Positions 36,277 to 44,625 of a DNA stretch of 64,000 bases are shown piece after piece. A program made the position numbers and the translations under genes. The notes beneath the pieces are model-generated. The model made no database searches, was not told where the DNA came from, and saw only the letters and a list, made by a program, of their open reading frames with translations. Origin of the DNA: Anaerolineales bacterium (GTDB lineage Bacteria > Chloroflexota > Anaerolineae > Anaerolineales > UBA4823); the NCBI GenBank assembly GCA_025057645.1, contig JANXBJ010000001.1:180357-244356 (forward strand), given 5' to 3'. Each line of letters begins with the position of its first letter. Positions within the stretch are counted from its first letter, which is position 1.

Positions 36277-38085
36277 ATGAGCAATAATGGGCAGAGCGTG
36301 AAGCAGATTGAGCTACCAGCTACGATTACCGTGCGGGAATTAGCAAAGGTAATCGATGCTAGCCCGATAGATATCATCAAGAAGTTAATGGCAAACGGGG
36401 TCATGGCGAATATTAATCAGCAGATCGATTTTGACACCGCTGCCATTGTGGCCGCCGAGTTGGGTTACGAGGCGATATTGGAAGCAGATAAAGCGGCGAA
36501 AAAGGAGGAATTGGGTGAGATCCCTCTGTGGCGGCGGATAATCATGCAGGAGGACCCTTCGCAGCTCGTACGCCGTCCACCGGTGGTTACGATCTTAGGT
36601 CACGTGGACCATGGAAAGACCACCTTGCTCGATGCGATTCGGCATACGAACGTAGCCGCCGGGGAGGCAGGGGGGATCACCCAGCATATCGGAGCATACC
36701 AAGTTGAGCATAATGGTCGCTTGATCACCTTTTTAGACACTCCCGGACATGCCGCCTTTACCGCAATGAGGGCCAGGGGAGCTCAGGGGGCGGACGTGGT
36801 TGTGTTGGTGGTTGCTGCAGATGATGGAGTGATGCCTCAAACTAAAGAAGCTGTAGCTCATGCCAAGGCCGCTCGGGTTCCAATCATTGTAGCAATCAAT
36901 AAGATCGATAAACCGAACGCCGATATTGCGCGCGTGAAGCAGCAGCTTGCGGAAATTGGCTTGGTGCCGGATGAATGGGACGGTGACACTCTCGTTGTGC
37001 CCATTTCGGCAAAGCAAAAGATAGGTCTAGAGGATCTCCTTGAAGCGATCCTGTTGGTTGCCGACAGCATGGATATCTATGCTAATCCCAAGGGGAAGGT
37101 GATCGGCACTGTGATCGAAGCCAAGGTGGATCGAGCGAAGGGGGTTTTAGCCACGCTGCTGATTCAAAATGGGACTCTCGAAGTGGGAGATGTTGTAGTG
37201 GCCGGAGTCTCCTACGGGCGGATCAAGGCCATGTTTGACTTCACAGGGAAAAAGATCCGGAAAGCCGCTCCCTCGACACCGGTATCTGTCATGGGCTTAA
37301 ATGAAGTCCCCCAAGCCGGGGAAATGTTCGAAGTTGTCGAGTCAGAGCGGGAAGCGCGCAATATCGTCTTTGAACGCATCCAGGAGTCGAAGCAAGCCGA
37401 AGTAGCGGCGAAAAGAGCAATCACCCTTGAACAGCTCTTTGACCAATATAAGTCTGGAGAGGTTCGAGAGCTGAGGTTGATCATCAAAGCAGATGTTCAA
37501 GGTTCCTTAGAGCCGATTATTAACTCGCTCAAGGAGCTTGGTAAGGGTGAGATCGCGATCAACATTTTGCATGCTGAAACGGGAAACATTAGCGAAAATG
37601 ACGTTATGCTCGCTGCAGCTTCTGACGCGGTGATTATCGGATTTAATGTGCAGGCTGATGTTGCGGCCCGCAATATGGCGGAATCGGAGGGAGTGTCTAT
37701 TCGACTTTATGATATTATATACCGCCTGACCGAGGATGTGGAGAAGGCTCTCAAGGGTATGTTAGAACCGGAAGAAAAAGAGAAAGTCCTTGGTCACGCT
37801 GAGGTACGGGCAATCTTTCGCATCTCTAAAGTTGGGAATGTGGCTGGATGCTATGTCCAGGATGGTGAAATCAGGAGAAATGCTCGTGTGCGAGTCCTTA
37901 GGAATCAGGAGATTGTGGGAGAGGGAGTGATCTCATCTCTGCGGCACTTAACTGAGGATATTCGCGAGATCAAACAAGGGTTTGAGTGCGGAGTCGCCAT
38001 TAAGGGGTTCGATGCCTTTCAAGTGGGCGACATCCTTGAATGTTATGTTCTAGAGAAAGCACAACCAAGCAAAGAGCTCTTATAA
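36277..38085 (+). CDS. infB: Translation initiation factor IF-2
   Basis: G-domain [17 protein letters not shown] and NKID. C-terminal IF2 domains. Short N-terminus (602 aa in total). Confidence 0.97.
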   Translation: MSNNGQSVKQIELPATITVRELAKVIDASPIDIIKKLMANGVMANINQQIDFDTAAIVAAELGYEAILEADKAAKKEELGEIPLWRRIIMQEDPSQLVRRPPVVTILGHVDHGKTTLLDAIRHTNVAAGEAGGITQHIGAYQVEHNGRLITFLDTPGHAAFTAMRARGAQGADVVVLVVAADDGVMPQTKEAVAHAKAARVPIIVAINKIDKPNADIARVKQQLAEIGLVPDEWDGDTLVVPISAKQKIGLEDLLEAILLVADSMDIYANPKGKVIGTVIEAKVDRAKGVLATLLIQNGTLEVGDVVVAGVSYGRIKAMFDFTGKKIRKAAPSTPVSVMGLNEVPQAGEMFEVVESEREARNIVFERIQESKQAEVAAKRAITLEQLFDQYKSGEVRELRLIIKADVQGSLEPIINSLKELGKGEIAINILHAETGNISENDVMLAAASDAVIIGFNVQADVAARNMAESEGVSIRLYDIIYRLTEDVEKALKGMLEPEEKEKVLGHAEVRAIFRISKVGNVAGCYVQDGEIRRNARVRVLRNQEIVGEGVISSLRHLTEDIREIKQGFECGVAIKGFDAFQVGDILECYVLEKAQPSKELL

Positions 38086-38096
38086 ATGAGGGTGCA

Positions 38097-38486
38097 GTGG
38101 TCTCAAAGGTTCGGTTAGAAAGAATTAGCGAACGGATGAAAGAAGAATTGTCGGAGTTGCTCCTGCGGGGGGTTGCCGATCCGCGTTTATCGGGGGTGCA
38201 TATAACGGATGTGCGCGTGGACCGGGAGTTGAGTTACGCAGATATTTATGTTTCTGCTATTGAAGGTCAGCAAAGAGCGAAGGAAATTCTAGAAGGCCTA
38301 GAGCACGCTCAAGGTTTTCTTAGGCGTGAACTTGCCCGTTCGATTGAACTGCGTGTTTTTCCGAAGTTGCGTTTTCATTGGGACCCAACCCCGGAAAGAG
38401 CCGATCGGATTGAGAGGCTCTTAGCTTCCCTACGGGAGAGAAAGAGTTCGCTTGAAGAGGAACAAAGGGGGCCTAGTCAGGAATGA
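38097..38486 (+). CDS. rbfA: Ribosome-binding factor A
   Basis: RLERISERMKEELSELLL...VTDVRVDRELSYADIYVS pattern. In-frame GTG at 38097 chosen just after the infB stop; the supplied ORF starts at 38040 inside infB. Confidence 0.88.
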   Translation: MVSKVRLERISERMKEELSELLLRGVADPRLSGVHITDVRVDRELSYADIYVSAIEGQQRAKEILEGLEHAQGFLRRELARSIELRVFPKLRFHWDPTPERADRIERLLASLRERKSSLEEEQRGPSQE

Positions 38487-39451
38487 GTGGGCACCTGGTT
38501 GAACGGATTGGTGAAGCTTTGCAAAGCGCGCATCGCATCCTCCTTGCAACTCACCTGCGTCCGGATGGGGATGCGATTGGTTCATTAGTGGGCTTAGGGT
38601 TAGCTCTGTTGGAGGGCGGGAAATCGGTGCAGATGGTTTTGGACGATGGGTTGCCGGCTCAGTTTCAACATCTCAGAGGGGCGGAGCAAATTCGGCGGAA
38701 TATTGAGGGGCGGTTTGATCTAGCCGTGGCTTTGGATTGTTCGGATCGCTCGCGACTTGGACGCTTCGGTCAGGAGATTGAGGAATGGGATCTCAATATT
38801 GATCATCACGTTACGAATAGCAGCTACGCCAGAATTAACTTGATCGAGGTGGAAGCGGTGGCTACCGCCGAGATCGTAGCAACGAATTTGGAGCGATGGG
38901 GTTTCCAGATTAGCAAAAGTGTTGCGGATGCGTTACTTCTTGGTATCCTGACCGATACTATCGGGTTTCGCACTCATAATATGAGGCCAGACGTGCTGCG
39001 GCTAGCGGCAAAGTTGATGGATGCCGGAGGAGACTTGCCTAATCTCTATGCGCGCTATCTTTATCAGAAGCCTTTCGAAGCAGTTAAGATGTGGGGTAGT
39101 GGATTGTCTCGGCTGCGCAGAAAAAATGGTCTGGTATGGACGGTACTAACGAACCAAGACCGTTCCTCTGCCGGATATCCGGGGAAAGATGACGCCGATA
39201 TGATTAATCTGCTCAGTGCAATTGAGGATGCCCAGATCAGCGTAGTCTTTGTGGAGCAGCCGAATGGGAAGGTCAAGGTCAGCTGGCGCGCCGTGCCGGG
39301 CTTAGATGTTTCCCAGATTGCTGTTCATTTTGGAGGAGGTGGCCACCCGGCTGCAGCCGGAGCGGAGCTCTCGGGGGACCTTCAAGAGCTTTATGAAGCG
39401 GTTCTGGAAAAAACCTATCTACATCTGGAGGCAAATCAGAAAGACTCGTAA
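38483..39451 (+). CDS. nrnA: DHH/DHHA1 phosphoesterase, NrnA-like (oligoribonuclease/pAp phosphatase)
   Basis: HLRPDGDAIGS, NIDHHVTN and GGGGHPAAAG motifs. ATGA overlap with rbfA. The rbfA-nrnA-truB arrangement is conserved. Confidence 0.8.
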   Translation: MSGHLVERIGEALQSAHRILLATHLRPDGDAIGSLVGLGLALLEGGKSVQMVLDDGLPAQFQHLRGAEQIRRNIEGRFDLAVALDCSDRSRLGRFGQEIEEWDLNIDHHVTNSSYARINLIEVEAVATAEIVATNLERWGFQISKSVADALLLGILTDTIGFRTHNMRPDVLRLAAKLMDAGGDLPNLYARYLYQKPFEAVKMWGSGLSRLRRKNGLVWTVLTNQDRSSAGYPGKDDADMINLLSAIEDAQISVVFVEQPNGKVKVSWRAVPGLDVSQIAVHFGGGGHPAAAGAELSGDLQELYEAVLEKTYLHLEANQKDS

Positions 39452-39484
39452 CAACACAAAATCTAAGGGAAGTAGGGTGAAACT

Positions 39485-40396
39485 ATGAATTCCGATCAGT
39501 CTATGAAAAACGTCGTCTCAGGAGTATTAGTAGTCGACAAACCGATTGGTTTGACCTCACATGATGTGGTCCAAATTATTCGGCGTGGCACCGGGATTCG
39601 CCGAGCAGGTCATACGGGCACACTTGATCCCCGTGCCTCCGGGGTGCTGGTCGTTTTGATTGGGCCGGCCGTGCGCCTGAGCGAATACGTTGCTGCCTCA
39701 GATAAACGCTATCAAGCGACAATTCGCCTGGGAAGCTCTACCGACACTTATGACTCTGAGGGATCGGTCACCGAAACTCGGCCGTGGGAGAACATTACCG
39801 AGGAGGAGTTTAATCGCGTCTTGCAGAAATTTGTGGGTGAAATTGAGCAAGTGCCTCCGCCCTACTCTGCCGTAAAAGTTAAGGGGAAAAAGGCGTATGA
39901 GTTGGCGCGTGAAGGTGAAGAAGTGGAATTGAGCCCGCGAATCATTAAGGTTTACCACCTGGAAGTCTTAGAGTGGGCACCACCGGAGGTGGTTATTGAC
40001 GTCTACTGCTCGTCGGGCACCTATGTGCGTTCGTTGGCAAACGATCTCGGGAGGGAACTTGGATGTGGAGCGCACTTGATCGGGCTAAGGCGGACGAGGA
40101 GTGGTAAATTTACGCTACGGGACGCCATTCCGCTGCGCAAGTTGCAAGAAGCCTTTGAGACAGGTACCTGGTATCGTTATCTGATCCCGGCGGCAGAGGC
40201 GCTGTCTGACTGGCCGATGATCGAGCTGGATGCCGACCAGGTTGAACTGGTGCGCCATGGACACCGGATTCCCGGTGAGCCAAACGAGAAAGGGTGGGCG
40301 CGAGGGGTAAGCCAACAAGGAGACTTGGTCGCACTGCTCGAGTATGATGCTCAAACAGGTGAATGGCAGCCGCGGAAGGTATTCTTTAGCAGCTGA
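39485..40396 (+). CDS. truB: tRNA pseudouridine(55) synthase TruB
   Basis: GHTGTLDP catalytic Asp motif and a PUA-like C-terminus. Confidence 0.95.
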   Translation: MNSDQSMKNVVSGVLVVDKPIGLTSHDVVQIIRRGTGIRRAGHTGTLDPRASGVLVVLIGPAVRLSEYVAASDKRYQATIRLGSSTDTYDSEGSVTETRPWENITEEEFNRVLQKFVGEIEQVPPPYSAVKVKGKKAYELAREGEEVELSPRIIKVYHLEVLEWAPPEVVIDVYCSSGTYVRSLANDLGRELGCGAHLIGLRRTRSGKFTLRDAIPLRKLQEAFETGTWYRYLIPAAEALSDWPMIELDADQVELVRHGHRIPGEPNEKGWARGVSQQGDLVALLEYDAQTGEWQPRKVFFSS

Positions 40397-40402
40397 TCTT
40401 TT

Positions 40403-41338
40403 ATGCGTCATTACCGTTCGCTCGATGAACTTTCTCTTGGGGGCTCTAGCTTATCCATCGGGACCTTTGATGGAGTCCATTTGGGCCATCAGGAGATCAT
40501 CCGGCAGCTTGTAGCACGGGCGCACCAAAGGGGAGTACCGGCGGTTGTCGTCACCTTTTTTCCTCACCCTGATCGAGTCCTAGGCAAGAAAGAAGGGCGT
40601 TTTTATCTCTCCACCCCAGAGGAACGCGCCGAGTTGCTCGGGGGACTGGGAGTCGATGTGGTCTTAACCTACCCTTTTGATGTGTCCACAGCTAACCTTA
40701 CTGCAAGGGAATTCCTTGTGGTTTTGAAACAGAGGATTTCCTTCCGGGATTTGGTTGTTGGATATGATTTTGCTTTGGGAAGAAATCGGGAAGGGACGGT
40801 CGAGCGTTTGTTAAGCTTGGGGAAAGAGTTGGGCTACGATTTGCAGGTTGTTCCCCCGGTCCAGGTTGGAGGAGAGGTTGTCTCCTCAAGCCTTCTACGC
40901 ACGCTGCTAAGTGAGGGAAATATAAAAAAGGTGAATCAACTTTTGGGGCGCCCGTTTCGCCTGAGCGGGACTGTAATCAAGGGTGATGGAAGGGGAAGGA
41001 CACTTGGCATTCCTACAGCGAATTTGGATATCCTCGCCGAGCGGGTGGTGCCTCTACAGGGCGTGTACGTATGTCACGCTTGTGTGAACCACCAACGGTA
41101 TGGGGCTGTGGTCAACGTGGGCATACGTCCGACGTTTGAGGAGGATCCAGTTGCCCCGAGAGTGGAGGCGCATCTTCTCGACTTTGATGCAGATTTGTAT
41201 CAGGAGACGTTAGCACTTGAGTTTTTGGATCGCTTACGGGATGAAAGACGTTTTCCTTCCAAGGAGGCACTTGTCGAACAAATTCGTCAGGATATTTCTC
41301 AAGCCCGTCGGATACTAAGCTCGATCGTGATTGGATAG
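40403..41338 (+). CDS. ribF: Bifunctional riboflavin kinase / FMN adenylyltransferase
   Basis: GTFDGVHLGHQ (nucleotidyltransferase) and GRTLGIPTANL (riboflavin kinase) motifs. Confidence 0.95.
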   Translation: MRHYRSLDELSLGGSSLSIGTFDGVHLGHQEIIRQLVARAHQRGVPAVVVTFFPHPDRVLGKKEGRFYLSTPEERAELLGGLGVDVVLTYPFDVSTANLTAREFLVVLKQRISFRDLVVGYDFALGRNREGTVERLLSLGKELGYDLQVVPPVQVGGEVVSSSLLRTLLSEGNIKKVNQLLGRPFRLSGTVIKGDGRGRTLGIPTANLDILAERVVPLQGVYVCHACVNHQRYGAVVNVGIRPTFEEDPVAPRVEAHLLDFDADLYQETLALEFLDRLRDERRFPSKEALVEQIRQDISQARRILSSIVIG

Positions 41339-41435
41339 CTGCGCCGTTTTTGAGGCGAGGATCGCTTTCTTACGCGGTAGTAGGTGGACTGAGCTTGAAA
41401 GCTAGGTTCTTTTTCCTAGCGAGGAGGTGCGGAAA

Positions 41436-42230
41436 ATGAGGGTTTATTTGGACCTGCTGGAGTATATCTTGCAAAAGGGGGTGAGGAGAGAGGACCGCAC
41501 GGGCGTGGGCACGCTCTCTGTGTTTGGCTACCAACTGCGCTTCAATCTCGAAGAAGGCTTTCCTATTCTCACAACCAAGAAGATTCACCTGAAGTCGGTG
41601 ATTTACGAACTGCTATGGTTTCTTCGGGGGGATACCAATGTGCGTTACCTCCAAGAACATGGAGTGCGAATTTGGGATGAATGGGCAGACGAGAACGGCG
41701 ACCTCGGGCCGATTTACGGGGCTCAGTGGCGTTCGTGGCGCAGTGCCGATGGGAGGACCATCGATCAAATTGCTCAAGTGGTAGAGGAGATCAAACGCAA
41801 TCCCTTCTCTCGACGACTGGTTGTCAGCGCATGGAACGTGGGAGAATTGGAGAAGATGGCGTTGCCACCCTGCCATTGTCTCTTCCAATTTTATGTGGCA
41901 GAGGGAAAGCTATCTTGTCAACTTTACCAACGCTCGGCTGATGTGTTTTTGGGCGTTCCTTTCAACATCTCCTCTTATGCTTTGTTGACTTTGATGGTAG
42001 CTCAAGTTACCGGATTGCGTCCGGGGGAATTGATTCATACCTTTGGTGACGTCCATCTCTACCTCAATCATATCGAGCAGGCAAAATTACAGTTGACTCG
42101 GACGCCTTTTCCTTTACCGCAGATGAGGCTCAATCCGGAAGTGCGAGATCTCTTCTCGTTCAAATACGAGGACTTTGAGTTGATCAATTATCGTCACCAT
42201 CCTCCCATACCGGCCGAGGTAGCGGTTTGA
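41436..42230 (+). CDS. thyA: Thymidylate synthase (ThyA type)
   Basis: [12 protein letters not shown] start. Catalytic [12 protein letters not shown] and [16 protein letters not shown] motifs. Confidence 0.96.
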   Translation: MRVYLDLLEYILQKGVRREDRTGVGTLSVFGYQLRFNLEEGFPILTTKKIHLKSVIYELLWFLRGDTNVRYLQEHGVRIWDEWADENGDLGPIYGAQWRSWRSADGRTIDQIAQVVEEIKRNPFSRRLVVSAWNVGELEKMALPPCHCLFQFYVAEGKLSCQLYQRSADVFLGVPFNISSYALLTLMVAQVTGLRPGELIHTFGDVHLYLNHIEQAKLQLTRTPFPLPQMRLNPEVRDLFSFKYEDFELINYRHHPPIPAEVAV

Positions 42231-42730
42231 TCGTTTCAATTATTGTTGCCATGGACAGGAATGGGGGGATTGGATGGAAGAATCGTTTGCCCTGGCATTT
42301 GCCGGATGACCTCAGACGTTTTAGGCAGTTGACCATGGGTCATCACTTGATTTTGGGGCGAAGGACCTACGAGTCGATCGGACGACCCTTGGTGGGCAGG
42401 AAGATCATTGTGATTTCGCGGCGTCGATCTGCGGCAGCCGGGGATGTGGTGAAGGTTGTGCCGAGTTTAGAGCTGGCGCTGGAGGTTTGTCGTCAAGCAC
42501 AAGAGAATGAGGCCTTTATCGGTGGGGGGGCTACGGTTTTCCGGGAGGCATTGCCATTGGTGCAAAAAATTTATCTCACGAGAGTTCTAGCAGAATTTGA
42601 AGCCGATGCGTTTTTCCCTCCCTGGGATGAGCGGGAGTGGGAGGTGGTTTCTAGACTATACCACCCACCGGACCAGAAACATGCCTTCCCCTTTCAGTTC
42701 ATCGAGTATGCAAGATGTAGAGATTCCTGA
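42227..42730 (+). CDS. folA: Dihydrofolate reductase
   Basis: TTG start overlapping the thyA stop (TTGA). [31 protein letters not shown]...GGGATVF. Confidence 0.92.
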   Translation: MIVSIIVAMDRNGGIGWKNRLPWHLPDDLRRFRQLTMGHHLILGRRTYESIGRPLVGRKIIVISRRRSAAAGDVVKVVPSLELALEVCRQAQENEAFIGGGATVFREALPLVQKIYLTRVLAEFEADAFFPPWDEREWEVVSRLYHPPDQKHAFPFQFIEYARCRDS

Positions 42731-42777
42731 GCCGGCAAAGAAAGGGTCTTGTAACCGGGACGCAACAGACTCCTGTC

Positions 42778-42805
42778 TTGACAGGTTATAAAAACCAGAT
42801 ATAAT
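42778..42805 (+). promoter_or_regulatory. Near-consensus sigma-70 promoter (TTGACA-16-TATAAT) driving the T-box leader
   Basis: TTGACA at 42778..42783, 16-nt spacer, TATAAT at 42800..42805. About 48 nt downstream of the folA stop. Confidence 0.6.
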
Positions 42806-42825
42806 CTACTGCCAACTTAGCGGCT

Positions 42826-43145
42826 TAAATCGTTGAGGAGGACAAGTAAGCTTCTTACGGCTTACCAGAGAGCAAGGGATGGTGGAATCCTTGCAAGCGG
42901 CAGGGAAGCTGAATGGGCCTCTGAGTGCGCAGTGAAAGGGAGTCCGAGTAGCTGGCGCCGGTGAACCCGCCGTTATCTTGGGAAAGGGTGTCGATCGAAA
43001 GGTCTGTGCCCGTATAGAGTGAGGCTGGCTTTGATTTGCTACCCGTTGCATCACCAACGGGTTTTTTGCTGGGGTTCAGCCTAAGAGGGGTGGCACCGCG
43101 GACTGCGCGTTCGTCCCCACGATTGGGGCGGACGCGTTTTTCTTC
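42826..43145 (+). promoter_or_regulatory. T-box riboswitch leader, Trp-specific (specifier UGG)
   Basis: Stem I elements: GA/K-turn (uuGAgg...ccucUGAg), AGUA (42845..42848), AG bulge AGAGAG (42867..42872), distal loop GGUGGAA (42881..42887), and GAA-UGG-G specifier (UGG at 42914..42916). T-box motif AGAGGGGUGGCACCGCGG at 43083..43101. Mutually exclusive terminator at 43106..43142. Confidence 0.85.
43106..43142 (+). terminator. T-box expression-platform intrinsic terminator
   Basis: CGCGTTCGTCCCC / GGGGCGGACGCG stem with one bulge or mismatch, loop ACGATT, followed by TTTTT. Its 5' arm can instead pair with the T-box motif to form the antiterminator. Confidence 0.7.
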
Positions 43146-43171
43146 AAAAACCTTTCTGAAGGAGGCATGAA

Positions 43172-44545
43172 ATGAGCGAATCGACCCGATTTCTACTCCA
43201 TGAGAGCGACCTGCCAAAGTATTGGTACAACATCCTTGCGGATATGCCCGTTGCTCCAGCGCCTGTTTTGCACCCTCAGACCTTAGAGCCGGTAACACCG
43301 GATTTCCTCTCTGTGCTCTTCCCAATGGAACTCATTCTTCAGGAAGTGAGCACAGAGCGGTATATCGAGATCCCTAAGGAAGTGCGTGAAATCTATAAAC
43401 TCTACCGTCCTACCCCCCTGATCCGGGCAAAGCGTTTGGAGAAAGCTTTGCAGACCCCGGCTCATATTTACTACAAGTACGAAGGCGTGTCTCCTGCCGG
43501 CAGTCATAAGCCGAACACTGCAATTGCCCAAGCCTACTACAATAAGGTGGCCGGCACTCAGGCCCTGACTACCGAAACCGGGGCAGGCCAATGGGGCTCC
43601 GCCTTAGCCTTGGCTTGTAGTTTCTTCGATTTGGACTTGGAAGTCTACATGGTGAAGATTTCGTATCACCAAAAGCCCTATCGGCGCATTATGATGGAAA
43701 CCTACGGGGCAAAAGTGTATCCCTCGCCCACCGAACACACCGAGTTTGGGCGTTCGGTTTTGGAAAGAGATCCGAACTCAAACGGTTCTCTAGGGATCGC
43801 TATCTCTGAAGCTGTGGAAGTGGCTGCTACCTCTGGAGGCAAGAAGAAATACAGTTTGGGTAGCGTGTTGAATCACGTGTTGCTCCATCAGACGGTGATC
43901 GGCGAGGAAGCTTTGAAACAGATGGATATGGCTGGTGAGTATCCCGACGTGGTCATTGGTTGTGTAGGGGGCGGCTCGAATTTTGCTGGTATTGCCTTTC
44001 CATTTTTGCGTCTGAACTTCCAAGAAGGAAGAAAAACCCGCATTGTCGCTGTTGAGCCGGAAGCTGCTCCTTCACTCACGAAGGGAGTCTATACCTTCGA
44101 TTACGGCGACACGGCCCGAATGGCCCCGATTGTGAAGATGCATACTCTTGGACATACCTTTGTTCCCGCTCCCATCCACGCCGGAGGATTACGGTATCAT
44201 GGCATGGCGCCGACTGTCAGCGCGCTTTATGAGGCCGGTTACATTGAAGCTGTAGCAGTAAGGCAGTTGGCAACCTTTGAGGCAGCTTTACAATTTGCCC
44301 GCGCAGAGGGGATTATCCCGGCTCCCGAAAGCGCACATGCCATCCGAGTCGCCATTGACGAAGCCTTGGATTCAAAGGAAAAAGGGGAACCCCGTGTGAT
44401 CCTCTTCAACCTATCCGGCCACGGTAATTTTGATATGTCGGCGTATCAGGCTTACCTAGAAGGAAAGCTGGAGGATTACAGCTATCCTGAGGAAGAAATC
44501 AAGAAAGCCATGGAACATCTGCCAAAGGTTCAATGGGTGTCTTGA
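43172..44545 (+). CDS. trpB2: TrpB2-type tryptophan synthase beta-like PLP enzyme (TIGR01415-like)
   Basis: [14 protein letters not shown]-terminal extension, [14 protein letters not shown]...[26 protein letters not shown] (PLP lysine), [32 protein letters not shown]. 457 aa. Confidence 0.92.
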   Translation: MSESTRFLLHESDLPKYWYNILADMPVAPAPVLHPQTLEPVTPDFLSVLFPMELILQEVSTERYIEIPKEVREIYKLYRPTPLIRAKRLEKALQTPAHIYYKYEGVSPAGSHKPNTAIAQAYYNKVAGTQALTTETGAGQWGSALALACSFFDLDLEVYMVKISYHQKPYRRIMMETYGAKVYPSPTEHTEFGRSVLERDPNSNGSLGIAISEAVEVAATSGGKKKYSLGSVLNHVLLHQTVIGEEALKQMDMAGEYPDVVIGCVGGGSNFAGIAFPFLRLNFQEGRKTRIVAVEPEAAPSLTKGVYTFDYGDTARMAPIVKMHTLGHTFVPAPIHAGGLRYHGMAPTVSALYEAGYIEAVAVRQLATFEAALQFARAEGIIPAPESAHAIRVAIDEALDSKEKGEPRVILFNLSGHGNFDMSAYQAYLEGKLEDYSYPEEEIKKAMEHLPKVQWVS

Positions 44546-44566
44546 GAGCCTAAGCATCTTTGTTAT

Positions 44567-44613
44567 CGAAAGGCTTGTGCGGTAGCTATTAGGACTACTG
44601 GGCAAGCCTTTCG
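44567..44613. terminator. Hairpin between convergent trpB2 and the histidine kinase gene
   Basis: 11-bp perfect stem CGAAAGGCTTG/CAAGCCTTTCG with a 25-nt loop, then TTTGT on the plus strand. Confidence 0.4.
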
Positions 44614-44625
44614 TTTGTAGGGCCC

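Noticed and set aside
42806-43325. ORFs 42806..43057 (-) and 42855..43325 (-), 83 and 156 aa, covering the folA-trpB2 intergenic region
   Set aside because: They lie antisense to a complete T-box leader (promoter, Stem I, T-box motif, terminator) and run into the trpB2 start. Arg/Gly/Pro/Ala-rich composition typical of shadow frames. No RBS.
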